Assembly: GCF_036971445.1 (NCBI RefSeq)
Contig: NC_091470.1
Coordinates: 354,206,001 to 354,270,000, forward strand
Length of the DNA stretch: 64,000 nt
Direction: 5' to 3'
From: Narcine bancroftii
Taxonomy: Eukaryota
Of the stretch, positions 37,648 to 50,256 are shown piece by piece (within the stretch, counting starts at the first letter, position 1; every line of letters begins with the position of its first letter). Under the pieces are notes generated by a model. It saw only the letters and a program-made list of their open reading frames with translations. It ran no database searches and was not told the origin of the DNA. A program made the position numbers and the translations under genes.

Positions 37648-39734
37648 ACACCCAGTGGATAACTCATTAAGTTAATAAGGTTTGCCCTCTCTTAAAAGCC
37701 ACTATTTTCCTCCACTTGGCTTTTAACTACCTCCAGAACCACATTGCAAAACCCATCATGTATGTGGTGGATGAGGATGTAACTTTCCAAGTGGAAAGCA
37801 ACACTTTGGACGTAGCCCTGGCCGCTACCCTCAATCAGGGCAGGCTGGTTGCATTTTTTCCCCTCACATTACAAGGCCACGAGCTCCAGAACCCATCTGT
37901 GGAAAAGGAGGCTCAAGCCATTGTAGAAGCCATAAGGCACTGGAAACACTACCTGGCATGTAGGAAATTTACACTCCTCACGGACCGGCGCTCGGTTGCA
38001 TTCATGTTCAATAATGTCAAGAGGGGAAAATCAAAAATGACAAGGTTGCTAGGTGGTGGATCGAGCTCTCCACCTACAATTATGACATTGCTTATTGGTC
38101 AGGAGCTCTTAATGACCCTCCAGATGCCATACCCAGAGGAAGCTGTACCTTTGCACACACTAGCCAACTGAGGTCTATGCATAATGAGCTCTGCCATCCA
38201 GGGGTCACCTGCATGACTCATTTTGTCAAAGTGTGCAATCTGCCCTACTCCATGGAAGACGTCAGGGAAATGATGAGGTCTTGCCAGGTCACTTCTACTG
38301 CCCCACAGAGGCGCATCTGATCAAGTCATCCTGGTGCTCTCCCATCCACGAACAGGAACATTTTCTTCCTCTCTATCACTGATGAATTCTCCCACTTCCC
38401 GTTCGCCATTCCATGTCCAGACACACCCACTTTGTCAGTCATAAAAGACCCTAGATTCCATTTTCACCCTGTTCGGATATCCCAGTAATATTCATAGTTA
38501 TCTGGGCTCATCCTTTATGAGTGACGAGCTACGTCTGTACCTGCTGGTGAGGGGTATCGTGTCCAGCAGTACTACTAGCTACAACCCCTGGGGGAACAGG
38601 CAGGCTGAAAAGGAGAACACCACGATCTGGAAAGCTGTCAAACTGGACCTGAAGTCAAAAGGTCATATAGACTCATGCTGGCAGGAAGTCCTTCCTTTGG
38701 TCTCCATTCCATCTGGTCTCTACTTTGTACCACAACCAACGCTACTCCTCACGAAAGAAGGTCGTCATCGGGAACTACACTCCCAACCTGGCTCAATACA
38801 CCTGGTCCAGTCCTTCTCAGAAAGCACGTGAGAAGAAGCAAGACCAACACCCTGGTGGAAAAGGTGAAACTGCTCCACGCCAATCCCACGTATGCCTATG
38901 TGGAGTACCCGGATGGCAGGAAGAACACAATCTCCATCAGGGACCTGGCACCCACCAAACAGAGTGTCCATTGCTTCAAGTGCCCTGCAAGCCACAGAGC
39001 TCATTCTCACCGAACCCAGTCAGGGCCTCAGGGGATCCAGTTCAGAAGGAAAGTGCATCCTCCTCTGCCGTTGAGCTGGAAACCCAGCCTGCTTCTCCTC
39101 CCTTGCAAGGGGACTATGAGACCCAAGGAGTTCAAGGCCCCCCAGTGCTAAGGCGCTCCACCAGGATCTTCAAACACCCGGACCACTTAAATTTGTAAAT
39201 AACTATTTTTTTTTAAACTTCTTTTCTGAATCCTTGTTCTCTGTCTTCATTCAGATCCTAAATTCTACAGGAAGGTGAATGCCGTGAAGTGGGATTCACA
39301 GGTAGGGTGTTGGCTGGCCCCATATCTGTTCACATAAAACCCTGGTTTCCTGCTAAAAGCCAGAACCCTTCCGAAGACTACTGTGAGACCCAACCCATTG
39401 TTATAAGCTAATAAAAGCATTCGTTCTCCATCCAGTCATGCGAGCTTTTATTCGCACAAAAGCCTACATCCACTGCCAATGAATAACTGATATGGTTGAG
39501 CTTGCTCTGAATATACACAAATGGCTGATCTGAATCTCATCAGTATCTGACTAGATTATGAGCTCCATACAAAGGAATGTGACTAAACCACTTATCTTGC
39601 ATTGACCTGACCAACAGTAAATTGACTTTCTGTCATTGCTCTTAACATGACTTGCTCAATGTTTCTCTACAGCAAAGGTAAATAACTTGCCTTATCTTAA
39701 TTCAGTCAAGTTAAAGAGACCTTGAATTCTTCCA

Positions 39735-39850
39735 TTCAAATAGTGACCAGTGCTCTTTCAACTTCAAACTTCCGTCCCATTTGATACTTTGCCTGCTCAA
39801 CACTACCCTTGTGACAATGCAGCACTCCCTCAGCACGGCTCCAGTGAAAC
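39735..39850 (-). mobile_element. DeuSINE-like core remnant
   Basis: Minus strand gtgctgagggagtgctgcattgtc...cactatttgaa resembles the recalled Deu domain. Confidence 0.4.
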
Positions 39851-40289
39851 AGCAGCAGTGCCGCGCCAAAAAAGCAGCACTCCTTGACACTGCCCTTCCA
39901 TCCTTGGCATAACCCTTTGTAAGTGCTGTACTCCATAGGTCAGTGGTCCCAATTTCTTTTCCAGGTTGTGGCCTCCAGGCCACAACCCGAGCGCTCTGCC
40001 CCACCCCCAAAATTATGGCATGGGGGAGGTGGCTTAGTGGTGGCGCCGAGGGTGTGGGAGGGGGTTAGTGGCAGCGCTGCGCGGGGTTGGGCAGCGGGTA
40101 GTGGTGGGCTGAGCAGGCGGCAGTGACGTCAATACAACATGGCGGCCACTGAGACAAGCTCTCGTGAGAACACAGAGGCGTCGTTTGTTTTGCTCACTAC
40201 TGTCCCTCCCCAAGTCTGGCCAGAAAATTACTGCACTGGCTTCTCCAAACTTTGCAGCAGACGGAATAATGACAAGACGTCCCCTCACC

Positions 40290-40590
40290 GCCCCCTTGGA
40301 TCTTTCCACCCATCAAATCCCCCACCAGCCCATCATCCTCTCCCCCCACCCACATGCCTATCAACCGCTTCCACCATCCTCCCATCAACCCCTGCCCTCA
40401 TCCGCCCATCAACCCCTCCCCCCACCCACGTCCCCACCTACCCATCAAACCCTTTTCCCCATCCTGTCCATCAACTCGTCCCCCCCCAGCCACCTGTCCA
40501 TCAATTCCTCCCATCCCATGTCCCCCATCTGCCCATCAACTCCTCAACCCAGCCCCAACCTGGCTCCACTCTGCCCTTCTTCTCAATCTA
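40290..40590. repeat. Degenerate C-rich minisatellite (recurrent (c)ccatcaa)
   Basis: About eight ccatca(a)-type motifs spaced roughly 20-40 bp. Confidence 0.6.
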
Positions 40591-41330
40591 GCCATTTCCC
40601 CAAGGATCGACAAAGAGATAGACAACAGACTCGCCAAGGCAAATAGTGCCTTTGGAAGACTACACAAAAGAGTCTGGAAAAACAACCACCTGAAGAAACA
40701 CACAAAGATCAGCGTGTACAGAGCCGTTGTCATACCCACGTTCCTGTTCAGCTCAGAATCATGGGTCCTCTACTGGCATCACCTACGGCTCCTAGAACGC
40801 TTCGATCAGCGCTGTCTCCGCTCCATCCTCAACATTCATTGGAATGACTTTATCACCAACATCGAAGTTCTCGAGCTGGCAGAGTCCGCAAGCATCGAAT
40901 CCATGCTGCTGAAGACCCAACTGCGCTGGGTGGGTCACGTCTCCAGAATGGAGGACCATCGCCTTCCCAAGATCGTGTTCTATGGCAAGCTCTCCACTGA
41001 CCACCGAGACAGAGGTGCACCAAAGAAGAAGTACAAGGACTGGTTAAAGAAATCTCTTGGTGCCTGCCAAGAGATTGACCACCACCAGTGGGCTTATATC
41101 GCCTCCAACTGTGCATCTTGGTGCCTCACAGTTCGGCGGGCAGCAACCTCACTGACAAAAGACAAAGGAGGAAAAATCCAACATCCAACCCCAACCAATC
41201 AATTTTCCCTTGCCACCGCTGCAACCGTGTCTGCCTATCCTGCATCGGACTTGTCATCCACCAACGAGCCTGCAGCAGACATGGACATACCCCTCCATAA
41301 ATCTTCATCCGCGAAGCCAAGCCAAAGAAT
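40590..41330 (+). mobile_element. RTE-clade (BovB-like) LINE 3' fragment
   Basis: IDKEIDNRLAKANSAFGRL...TKISVYRAVV...QLRWVGHVSRMEDHRLPK. Confidence 0.88.
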
Positions 41331-41797
41331 CTCAACCAAAAACATCAACTGTCTTTTTCCCTCCACAGAACCCATCGAGTTCCCCCAGCAGTTCGTTTAT
41401 TTGAAATAAACCTTGCATATAATTATTTTACTGCCACACCATCAATTTTACTCTTCTACCAGTTACAAACCAACCATCAGTTATATTTTTAAATCCTGTA
41501 ACTCCATTCTTAAAGGGTTCATTGTTTAAAAGACATTCCTCTGGTCCATCAGAGATTGCTGATAAGAGGTGAAGTATTCAGTCCATTCACTTCACCTTGG
41601 AGCCAGCTTTGCTCCTCAGACATTTGCTCCATACACTGATCAAAACTGATAAATGCGGTCTCAAGTACATTTCACAGTCAAAGCAGTAAATTTATTACTG
41701 AAATGTAATACTCAATTTAGATGTTAAATACGTGAAATTCTTTAACTCTGTCTACTGTAAGGAAGTTGCACTTTTTCCAGCGCTCCTCACAGAAATG

Positions 41798-41874
41798 AGG
41801 CCCCAGTGAGGATCGAATTTGCAACTCCGGGTTTACCACGAAACCAGTGCTCCAACCATTGAGCTATCGGAGCC
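41798..41874 (-). pseudogene. tRNA-Thr-like pseudogene forming the head of a ~200-bp SINE (41676-41874)
   Basis: Minus strand GGCTCCgATAGCTCAATGGTTGGAGCACTGGTTTCGTGGTAAACCCGGAGTTGCAAATTCGATCCTCACTGGGGCCT closely follows vertebrate tRNA-Thr but has insertions in the acceptor stem and anticodon loop. Confidence 0.7.
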
Positions 41875-42746
41875 TAATACCAAAACCCAGGAGTTTTGAG
41901 AAAGAGCTAAAGCAGACTTTAAATATCTCACAGCAACATCACCTGAAACGCTCCAGGACACAACTGAAAGAGCTTGAGATGGTAATTATAGAGCTATGTA
42001 TTGCATTTCAGCTCTTTAATTTCCAACCATAAAATGAGTTTCATGATCTGCACCCAATGGCAGGTTGTATGCTGCCATTTTCAACGGGGGCCACAGCATT
42101 CTTAAAATGGTGGGGGAAAAACGGACTGAAATCACAAAATGTTTTTTAGTAGTCAGTAGAAGTACGGAAAAAACAACTAAACTTGACTGCTTCTCAGGGA
42201 AGGGGGGAGGGGGTCATAAACTTTGGGTAAAGTCCAAAGGGGGCTATAGCCAAAAAAATGGTTGAGAATGGCAGATTTAGGGGATTTTTAAACAACAAAT
42301 GTAGCAGGTTTAAATTGAGTTCTACATTATGATCATTGCAAATAATGTGCATTCCAAACATAAAACTGAAAAACATGGTCTATCTTTCATTGTTTATGTA
42401 CTAATTTTATTGATTTTTATCCCTGTCACAAACAACTGAAACATTTCTTTAAAAAATCATTAACTCCCAGTTACCTCTTTCAATCCTGTCTAATCCCAAA
42501 ATGTTATTTCATTCCATTTATCTGTCTCTGCCACAGCTGGTCCCAGGGTGAGGCTTTCCATTCCAAGATTATAGAGAGATCCTCCTCCTTAAGAAAATGT
42601 GGCTTCCCCTCAACTGCCATTAACTCAACCCTCTCCTGCAGCTCAAAATGAGCGAGAGGACCGCAAGTTCAGCTGTAAAGTCTTTTCTCGATGTGCAATA
42701 TTACAGCATTAAATTGGCTTGAATTGAGGCTCAAAGCCAGAATTAC

Positions 42747-43115
42747 TAGCCCCTTTTCCACTGGCATCCCAGTTAATTGGCTGTGCAGTGTCCCAGGATA
42801 GGAAGCCCTTTGTACGGTTTCCACTGGGCCATCCTGAACTGGGACAGTCATTGCTTTTCCACTGAGCACCCTCATTCACGGGGATCGGCATGTTCCACCT
42901 TCAACTGGAAATGGGCGACTTTCTGCTGTCCTTTTCCCACTGGTTTTACCAGCATGCTGGTGTCAGCAAACGCCAGGGATACGAGTAGGGGTAGAGGCGG
43001 TTAATCCCCGGCGTCAAATGACACCAGCAATTGGACAGTTTTCCTTATCCACTTTACCCTATCCCAGTAAATTCCCAGTTAATTCCTGGGACAGGTGCCA
43101 GTGGAAAAGGGGCTA
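42747..43115. mobile_element. MITE with 20-bp perfect TIRs (Harbinger-like)
   Basis: TAGCCCCTTTTCCACTGGCA ... TGCCAGTGGAAAAGGGGCTA; internal (t)ttccactg repeats. Confidence 0.8.
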
Positions 43116-45519
43116 TGTTTTGAACCAGTAACAGTGAATGCTTGCAATCTTCACAGCTCATACCTACAGATTCAACCAGTTTTCTGCAACTGAAAAGTTA
43201 CAAAGTGTCAATGAGGTGTAGAAGGGAACTTCCAAAATTTACCTATTAATTATCAAGAAAAATGTATTTCTCGTTTACATTCGCAACAACAATCATCCCC
43301 GTCAAACAAAACAAAGAGCTTTTATTTAGAAGCAGAAAACTGTAAGCCTGAACAAATGATCTTCAATACCAATCCAAAGGTTTATTATATAGAATTGGGG
43401 GGCAATAAATTGTACCACTGTCGGTGTCAGTGAGGGGCAGAATTTGAGTGAGTCAAGGGGAATGAAGAGAGAATCAAAAGGGATCTGTGTAAATGGGAAG
43501 TTGATGGTTAGCTCAGAAAGTCATCAATCTGATCGAAAGAATGCAGAAGAGATTTATGAGAATATTGCAAGGACTTCAGGAACTGAGTTACAGGGAAGGG
43601 TTAAACGGGACTTATTCCGTGAAGCGTTGGAGAATGAGGGAAGATTTGATCAAAGTATTTAAAATTATGAGGGGTTAGACAGGACTAGAACAATTTGGTG
43701 CAGGACATTTTGGCCCACCTCCCCACTCACCATCTGCTGCCCGACTCCGTCCTGTTGGCCGCCCTGTGACCGCCCCACTTACAAGACACACATGTTAAAA
43801 GTAATAAAATAGCATTTTCTTTACAGGGTGAATTAGTATGATCTGAAATTCACTGTCTGACTACAAACAGGAAGCAGATTTAATAATAACACTGATGGAG
43901 TCAGTTAGCAACTTGAAGGATTACAGCCCTTCCGGCCAAGCGCTGACAGCCCTAAATATAACAATAAATCCCAAAATGTTTGATGGAGGAAGGTTAGATT
44001 ATTTGTATAATAAGTGATTATTTACAGGTTTCTGAAACGCCGCAACACCAGGCTTTGCCAGGCCAGCGCCAAACTGTGAGCACCAAAATGTCCAAAGGGC
44101 TACAAAAGTGTTTTTTCCCATCAAAATGTCCAGTACCAAAACATCTGGCACCAAAATGTCCAATTCCAGGCTTAAGACAGTGTAAATATAGATGAGATGT
44201 AAACCAGAGGAAAGGCCAAATGTTTAAGGGGAACATTAGGGGGGAACATCTTCACAGAGAGTGGTGGGAGTGTGGAACGAGTTGCCAGCAATTTTAAACA
44301 TTTAATAGAACTTTGGACAGGTACATGGATGGGAAAGGTATGGAGGGATATGGTCCAGGTGCAGGTCAGTGGGGTGAGGCACCATATAATAGTCCATTAC
44401 AGACTAGAAGGGCTTGTTTCTGTGCTGTACACTTTTGAAAATGAAATTACATTAATTTATCCCAATATATTAGTTGGCTGGTTCTTATTTTCATGGAAGA
44501 AAAGCCTCCTCTTTTGTTCGTTACAATTTTCTATGATTGCCATACTTTAATTACACTTAAAGATTCCTCATGCAGGATTTATATTTTGTGAAGGCCCAAT
44601 CTAGATTTGTCAGAGCACTAATTTCATGATGTGCCTTCGACTTTCAAGGTGCAATCTGGCGATCAGTCAACTCCAAATGCAACAATGTTCCAACAGTCAA
44701 CCCAATCATCAAGATCCCATCACCATCAATGGCACCAGTGCCTCTGGCAACTTACAATGTAGACAGAAACACAAAACAAATGGCACATGGAAGGAACGGT
44801 GGTGGACCTGAAACATTAGCTTGGTTTCTCTCTCCATGGCCTGCTGTCTGACCTGCTGGGTATTGCCTGAAACAAAACTAGATTTAGTGTAGCCAAGAAG
44901 GCAGAAACGTTATGTGTAACAAAATGTGTTGGGGCAATGATAATGCTGTCTGAAAAGAAAGATTTCACAGAAATTATTGACTGAAATTCATCAGTGTATA
45001 TTATTGGCTGTTAGCAATTTCTCTTTTTGATATGCAAAGTTATAAAATTATCTGTTGGTTGGGAAATGCAAAGCAATTGAAATTATTGGAACATTTTGCT
45101 GGTTTGAAATTGTTTTTTCTGTTGGATTCTTCTACAAGTTCTAAGTTACAATTTTCCCATTTGATTGTTCAATTGTAATTTGAAAGTTCTCACTGAAACA
45201 GAATTTCAGCCTACAACAATGGAGTCAGATACTAATTAAAATAAACAAACTAGGTTTTGACGCAGGGCTGATTCATTGAGATGTACTCCACAGGAGAACA
45301 TTTAGCCCATCATTACCATGTCAGTTTGAAATAAATATCCCAAGTAAGAACCACAGAAGAACACTCTTCTTGATTGGTGGAGTCAAAGGCCTTTGCGGTC
45401 ATGAAAGACCAAGTTTAGCAATTAATGCTTCTCCCTGCATTGCTCTTTGAGCTGACATAAGGTGAAGATCACACTGATTTCTGGATGATTATCCAACAGG
45501 TTGGACAAGAAGTAAAAAA

Positions 45520-45620
45520 AAGCATACTATGCTAGAGAAACTCAGCAGGTCAAACGATGTACTTATAGAAAAGATACATGACCAAGGATTTGGGCTTGAG
45601 GCCTTCATCAAGGTATGAAA
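45520..45620 (-). mobile_element. Penelope-derived terminal repeat with a degenerate hammerhead-like core
   Basis: Minus strand cataccTTGATGAaggcctcaagcccAAATccttggt...tttgacctgctgagtttctc. Confidence 0.55.
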
Positions 45621-46189
45621 AAAATGTAGGCAGGTACCTGAACTAAATGGTGGGGAGGGGCGGGGTAAAAAGCAGAAACTGCTCTGAACAAAGGAATTTC
45701 CATGTCAATCAAGGTGAGATCCACCCACATTTGGCTCTCATGAATGCCGGACCTCATTTGGGTATACCTGAGCCGACCTCTCCAGCCGGCTGCAGTGTTA
45801 AGCCAACACATGGAGCAGCTTTTGCTCTTCCTCTGGGAATGAACCCAATCACCACTCCCAAGTTGCGATGCTGGAGAATCAATTGTAAGGTGTGTGCCGC
45901 TACAGGGTGGGGGGCTATTGTGGTGCATACCCGAGAAGGACTGTGGTGCCTTTTTTGTTATGAGCAATGTAATCACATTGTCAATCAGGGTGCCTTGCTT
46001 GTCTTCGCGTTTAGCTACGAGGACCACCATTAGCAGCAATATGTCGGGAGCAGCGAGTATCGATCGCTTAGCTGCGTCCGGTGCATGTGAATTGTGTGTT
46101 AGTTTCTTTGTCTGTGTCAGTGAGTGTGATTCCTGTTGCAACTCTTCCCCCCACCCCCACCCACATGGTTAAATTGTGTTCAGACTCAT

Positions 46190-46620
46190 CACTTCTTGGA
46201 CCCTCTGAACTCGTTCTCCACATCACAAATATCCATTGTGCATCTGGATGGATGGAATCATATGTGCTTCGAGAAGCAGCTCTTCGGCCACTAGCTGGGC
46301 GGTGGTTAAGGAGGATCCCCTGGCAATGACTTTCCCTGAACCAGCAATCAGGGGAGTCTTCTTTCTTAATGATAATCACGACTGCGGCATCTGTGAGGTC
46401 CTTTTCTTCTCAGATGTGGGAGTTGGTTACTGAAGTTAATCTTCACCAAGTCTCAGAACTTCCACGTGGATGCCATCTGCCTCCGAGATCTTTTACTTAA
46501 CAAATGCCTTTTTTGATCTCTAGTCAATTGAGACTGGACCAGATGGTTTCCTGTGGGCACTCAGGTCAAGGATGGAGTCATAGTTGAAGTGTTCTGCAAA
46601 GCGCATGTGCCTCACTTTGT
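46190..46620 (-). mobile_element. Old RTE LINE RT fragment
   Basis: Minus strand ADGIHVEVL, DLTDAAVVIIIKK, GKVIA..LLN, AEELL motifs across frameshifts. Confidence 0.55.
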
Positions 46621-48899
46621 TCTTAATAAACTCTCCTTTATTCTAGGTTCTCAACAAAATAAGCCCTTGAGTGCTTGGGCTTGACAGTACTGAAGAGTCC
46701 ACTGAACAAGGAACAGCTGCACTAATAAAGTTCACGTTTATTGTCATTTACTGTCCCAATGAACAGTCTTGTTTTGTGTGCAATCCAGCTAGTCAACCGA
46801 TAGACAGAATCCCAATAAAACACAGACCAGAGTTAGAGTCACACTCTTCAACTACACCAGTCCTCAGCTCACCACTGTGCTATTTTATTGGACTATCTAG
46901 GAGAGGACAACTGCCCACAAATATTAGATGCTTGGTATCCCTCAATAATCCCATTTCTTTTCTAATTCAATGATTTTCAAATCCTCAAACAGTCATTTCA
47001 CAAAAACTAAAATGAACGCTGAAATAATGTGAAAAAAATTAAGCCAATTTAAAGCAGATTCCTGAGTGCAGATTATTACTGAAATGCAATGAATTTCAAA
47101 GCACATTTAGGATTTTGAAAATTTTTTTTTAAAAGAAAAATCCTTTTCCTTTATCCATGAAATAGCCAAGTACATTTCGATTTGAACATTCACAGTGTGC
47201 ATTGAATTCAGAATTGTTGCTTTCCGAACTCACTCGGTGATTACCGTGTTTTCTGAAATCTTCTTTCCCATTTTCTGGTCCAACTCAGTTCTGGTCCTCA
47301 GTGCAACTTCCACACAAGAGATAGGAGCGGGAGTCGACCACCTGGCCCATCAAGCCTGCTCCACCACTCAGGAATCTCATGGCTGATTGGGCCATGGACT
47401 CAGCTCCACTTACCCATCTTTTCTCCATAACCCTTAATTCCCCTAATAGGCCAAAAAAAAAAATCAGTGTCTTAAATATATTTAAATGAGGCAATCTCTT
47501 CTGCTTCCTTGGGCAGAGAATTCCACAGATTCACTACTCTCTAGAAGCACTTTCTTCTCATCTCTCCCCCCCACCCCCCACCACTCCTGCCCTCGGCCCC
47601 ACTCTCTTAGAGGTCTCTTCACTGCCATACTACATTATTGTCTGCCCTTACAATCTTTCTCCAGATATATTTTTGCAGGCAGCTTTCAGTTCATTAGATA
47701 ACTGTGCTGGTAATAAATAACCAAAATCAGTCAGAATGACTTCATACCCTTTTAACTTAACAACAGCCATACTCTGTGGTCTTGGGTTCAGCCACAATTT
47801 CAATGTACACCATTGAGAAGCTGGAGCGGTAGTAGAGAAAATGAATTTTCTCTGGCATATCACACGAGTATCCTCAACATTAAAATTTAAGTGGAGTTGG
47901 AAACGTGAATTTAATGTGGCACACTGCACATAACGAGCCATCACGGACATCACAGACACCAGTCGTCACTCCATTGAGAACATCTACAAGTGACGGTGTC
48001 TTAAGAAAGCACCTCTATCCTCAAGGACCCATCACCACCCAGGCCATGCCCTCTTCATTCTGCTGCCATCAAGAAAAAAGGTACAGGAGCGTGAAGATGA
48101 GCACTTGGCAACACAAGGCAGCTTCATCCCTGCTGCCGTCAGATTCCTGAATGAACAATGAACCACACGACACTGCCTTACTTTGACTTTTCATGCACTA
48201 TTTTAAATTAATATTGCAGTTCTCAGCAGTTTAATGCTAACAGCATCCCTTACAGGCAGGTGGATCATCATCCCATCACCATCAAAGTCTCACACAGCAA
48301 CAATGGCAGGGTCTAAGGCCTGGAATTTCATCCTCATTTGCAAGACTTCAAAGAAACTAAATTTCAAAAGCGCCGAGCAAGCGGAAGCCAACGTTGACTT
48401 GAACTTTTATCGACAGCAGCAGAGGGCAAATTGCAAACAGAAGACCTTTTCTGATGAAAACATTTCAACTCTTGGGATCCTTGATAAGTGAAACATTTAA
48501 GGCTTGCCTCTCTCTATGGTTGGGGTCAACACTGATGCGGAAGGGAGAGCTTGGATGAAACATCTTCATTTCTGCTTCAACACCATTGCAGATTCCAGGT
48601 GCATAGAGAAAGGCACCAAGAGGATTTTTATTCACACCACATAGGAGATAACTGATGTTTGTCACCTTATTTCATCCTTGAATATTTTGTTAATTATTGA
48701 TCTTTTGTGGGGGTGGGGGGGAATTGTCATTTCCCCAAGAAATATGCTGCTTTTAAGAGATTAGCACCCAATACGATTATGTCAACATCTTAGAATTTTT
48801 TCTGGGTTAAAATGAAAAGAAAGTCTTTAAGTATAGAGTAAAAACAATGCTGGAGAAACTCAGCTGGTCAGTGTACTTTATAGGGCAAAGATCCAAGGG

Positions 48900-49880
48900 A
48901 GTAGATTTAGGACAAAAAAGGAATTGCTTTTCCCAGAGGGTGGTAAATCTGTGGAATTTGCTGCCCATTGAAGTCGTGGTGGTGACCTCAGTAAATATAT
49001 TTAAGACAAGGTTGGATCGATTTCTACATAGTCAGGGAATTAAGGATTATGGGGAAAAGGCAGGTTGGTGGAGATGAGCCTATCAACAGATCAGTCACGA
49101 TCTCACTGAATTGCGGATAAGGCTGGGCGGGCTGGATGACCGACTCCTGCTCTTATTTCTTAAGTTCTTGTGTATTAAGAGTGGCTGGAAATAAAAAGAT
49201 AGTTGAATTTGACCTGGAATATGCAAGTCATACAGCATCGAATCCCAGGGAGAGGGTAAGCATACGAGCTCTGGGTCTGTACTCACTGAAGCTTTAGAAG
49301 GATGAGGAGGTAGGTCCTCAAAACATTTTGAATATTGAAAGGGCTGGCTGGAGTGGGCATCGAGATGTTTCCAGTAGTGGGAGAGTCCACAGCACAGCCT
49401 CAGAATTAAAATTTATTCACCAGGAGGATGGTGAATCTGTGTAATTTGTTGTCTCACATGTGGAGCCCATCTGCAGGGTTATTTAAAGTGGAGGTTGATA
49501 GTTTCTTCATTGATAGAGGTGCCAAAGGTTATGGGGAGTATGCAGAAAGGAAAGATACATAAACCATGATTTGAATAGAAGGACATGCTGAATGGCTGAA
49601 TTCTACGTGTATCTCTTCTGGCCTTAAAGAACAGGGTCTTCAACCCAAAGTCCAGACTAACCAATGTGTTCCTGAACTAGTCTCATTTCTCTGCATTTGG
49701 CCCATATCCCTCCAAACTTCTCCTATCCATGTTTCTGTCTTAAATGTTATAATTGTATCCACCTCTACTGCTTCCTCATGCACCTCATTCCATTTACTCA
49801 CAACGCTCTGTGAAATTTCCTCTCAAGCCCTCTAAATATTTCTCCACTCTCCCTTAAACCTACGGCCTGTAGCTTTAGAC
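48900..49880. mobile_element. Cluster of CR1 3'-UTR fragments (both strands)
   Basis: FSQRVVNLWNLLP; ggattatggggaaaaggcagg; tttggcccatatccctccaaac. Confidence 0.65.
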
Positions 49881-50256
49881 CAGTGGTTTTCAAACTGCCC
49901 CCTACACTCGCATTCCTCCTTAGGTAATCCCTATGCCATCAGTGCTCTGTGATTAGTAAGGGATTGCTTAAGGTGGGATGTGAGTGGGAAGGTTGAGAAC
50001 CACTGTTCTAGATGCAATTGTTACTGAAATATTTAGCTTGAGAAAAATTGTCAATGGCCCATTTCCTTTGGAGTTATGAAACCATGCACATAACGAGTCA
50101 ATGAGGACAATGAAAACAGTGGTTTTCAAACTTTTTCTTTCCACTCACATTCCACCTTAAGCAATCCCTTACTAATTATAGAACACTCAAGTCATAGGGA
50201 ATACTTAAATTGGAATGTGTGTTTGGGGGGGGGGGGGGGCAGTTTGAAAACCACTG
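49881..50256. mobile_element. Composite hAT (MER5/Charlie-like) MITE
   Basis: TIR CAGTGGTTTTCAAACTGCCCCC, perfect TSD CTTTAGAC (49873-49880, 50257-50264); two internal TIR-bounded subunits flank a spacer. Confidence 0.85.

Larger units (their letters stand above)
30337..39461 (+). mobile_element. Full-length decayed Ty3/Gypsy element B (LTRs ~30337-30530 and 39280-39461; gag-PR-RT-RH-IN) with nested insertions
   Basis: Homologous LTRs; gag MEVLLKPGTLLIDP; RT VIDYSQTINRYTLLDAYPLP; RNase H SVEKEAQAIVEAIRHWKHYL; integrase TTSYNPWGNRQAEK; purine tract acaggaaggtgaa before the 3' LTR. Confidence 0.9.

Noticed and set aside
35658-37670. Divergently transcribed two-gene system (309-aa and 219-aa ORFs)
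   Set aside because: Both are pieces of one L1 ORF2 rearranged by inversion and enclosed by a single TSD.
40354-41409. 351-aa ORF as a novel proline-rich gene
   Set aside because: Chance in-frame fusion of a C-rich minisatellite with a truncated RTE ORF; no RT core or splice evidence.
45608-46141. 177-aa ORF as a piggyBac-like Cys-rich tail
   Set aside because: Only one CxxC, no TTAA/TIR support; overlaps unrelated repeats.
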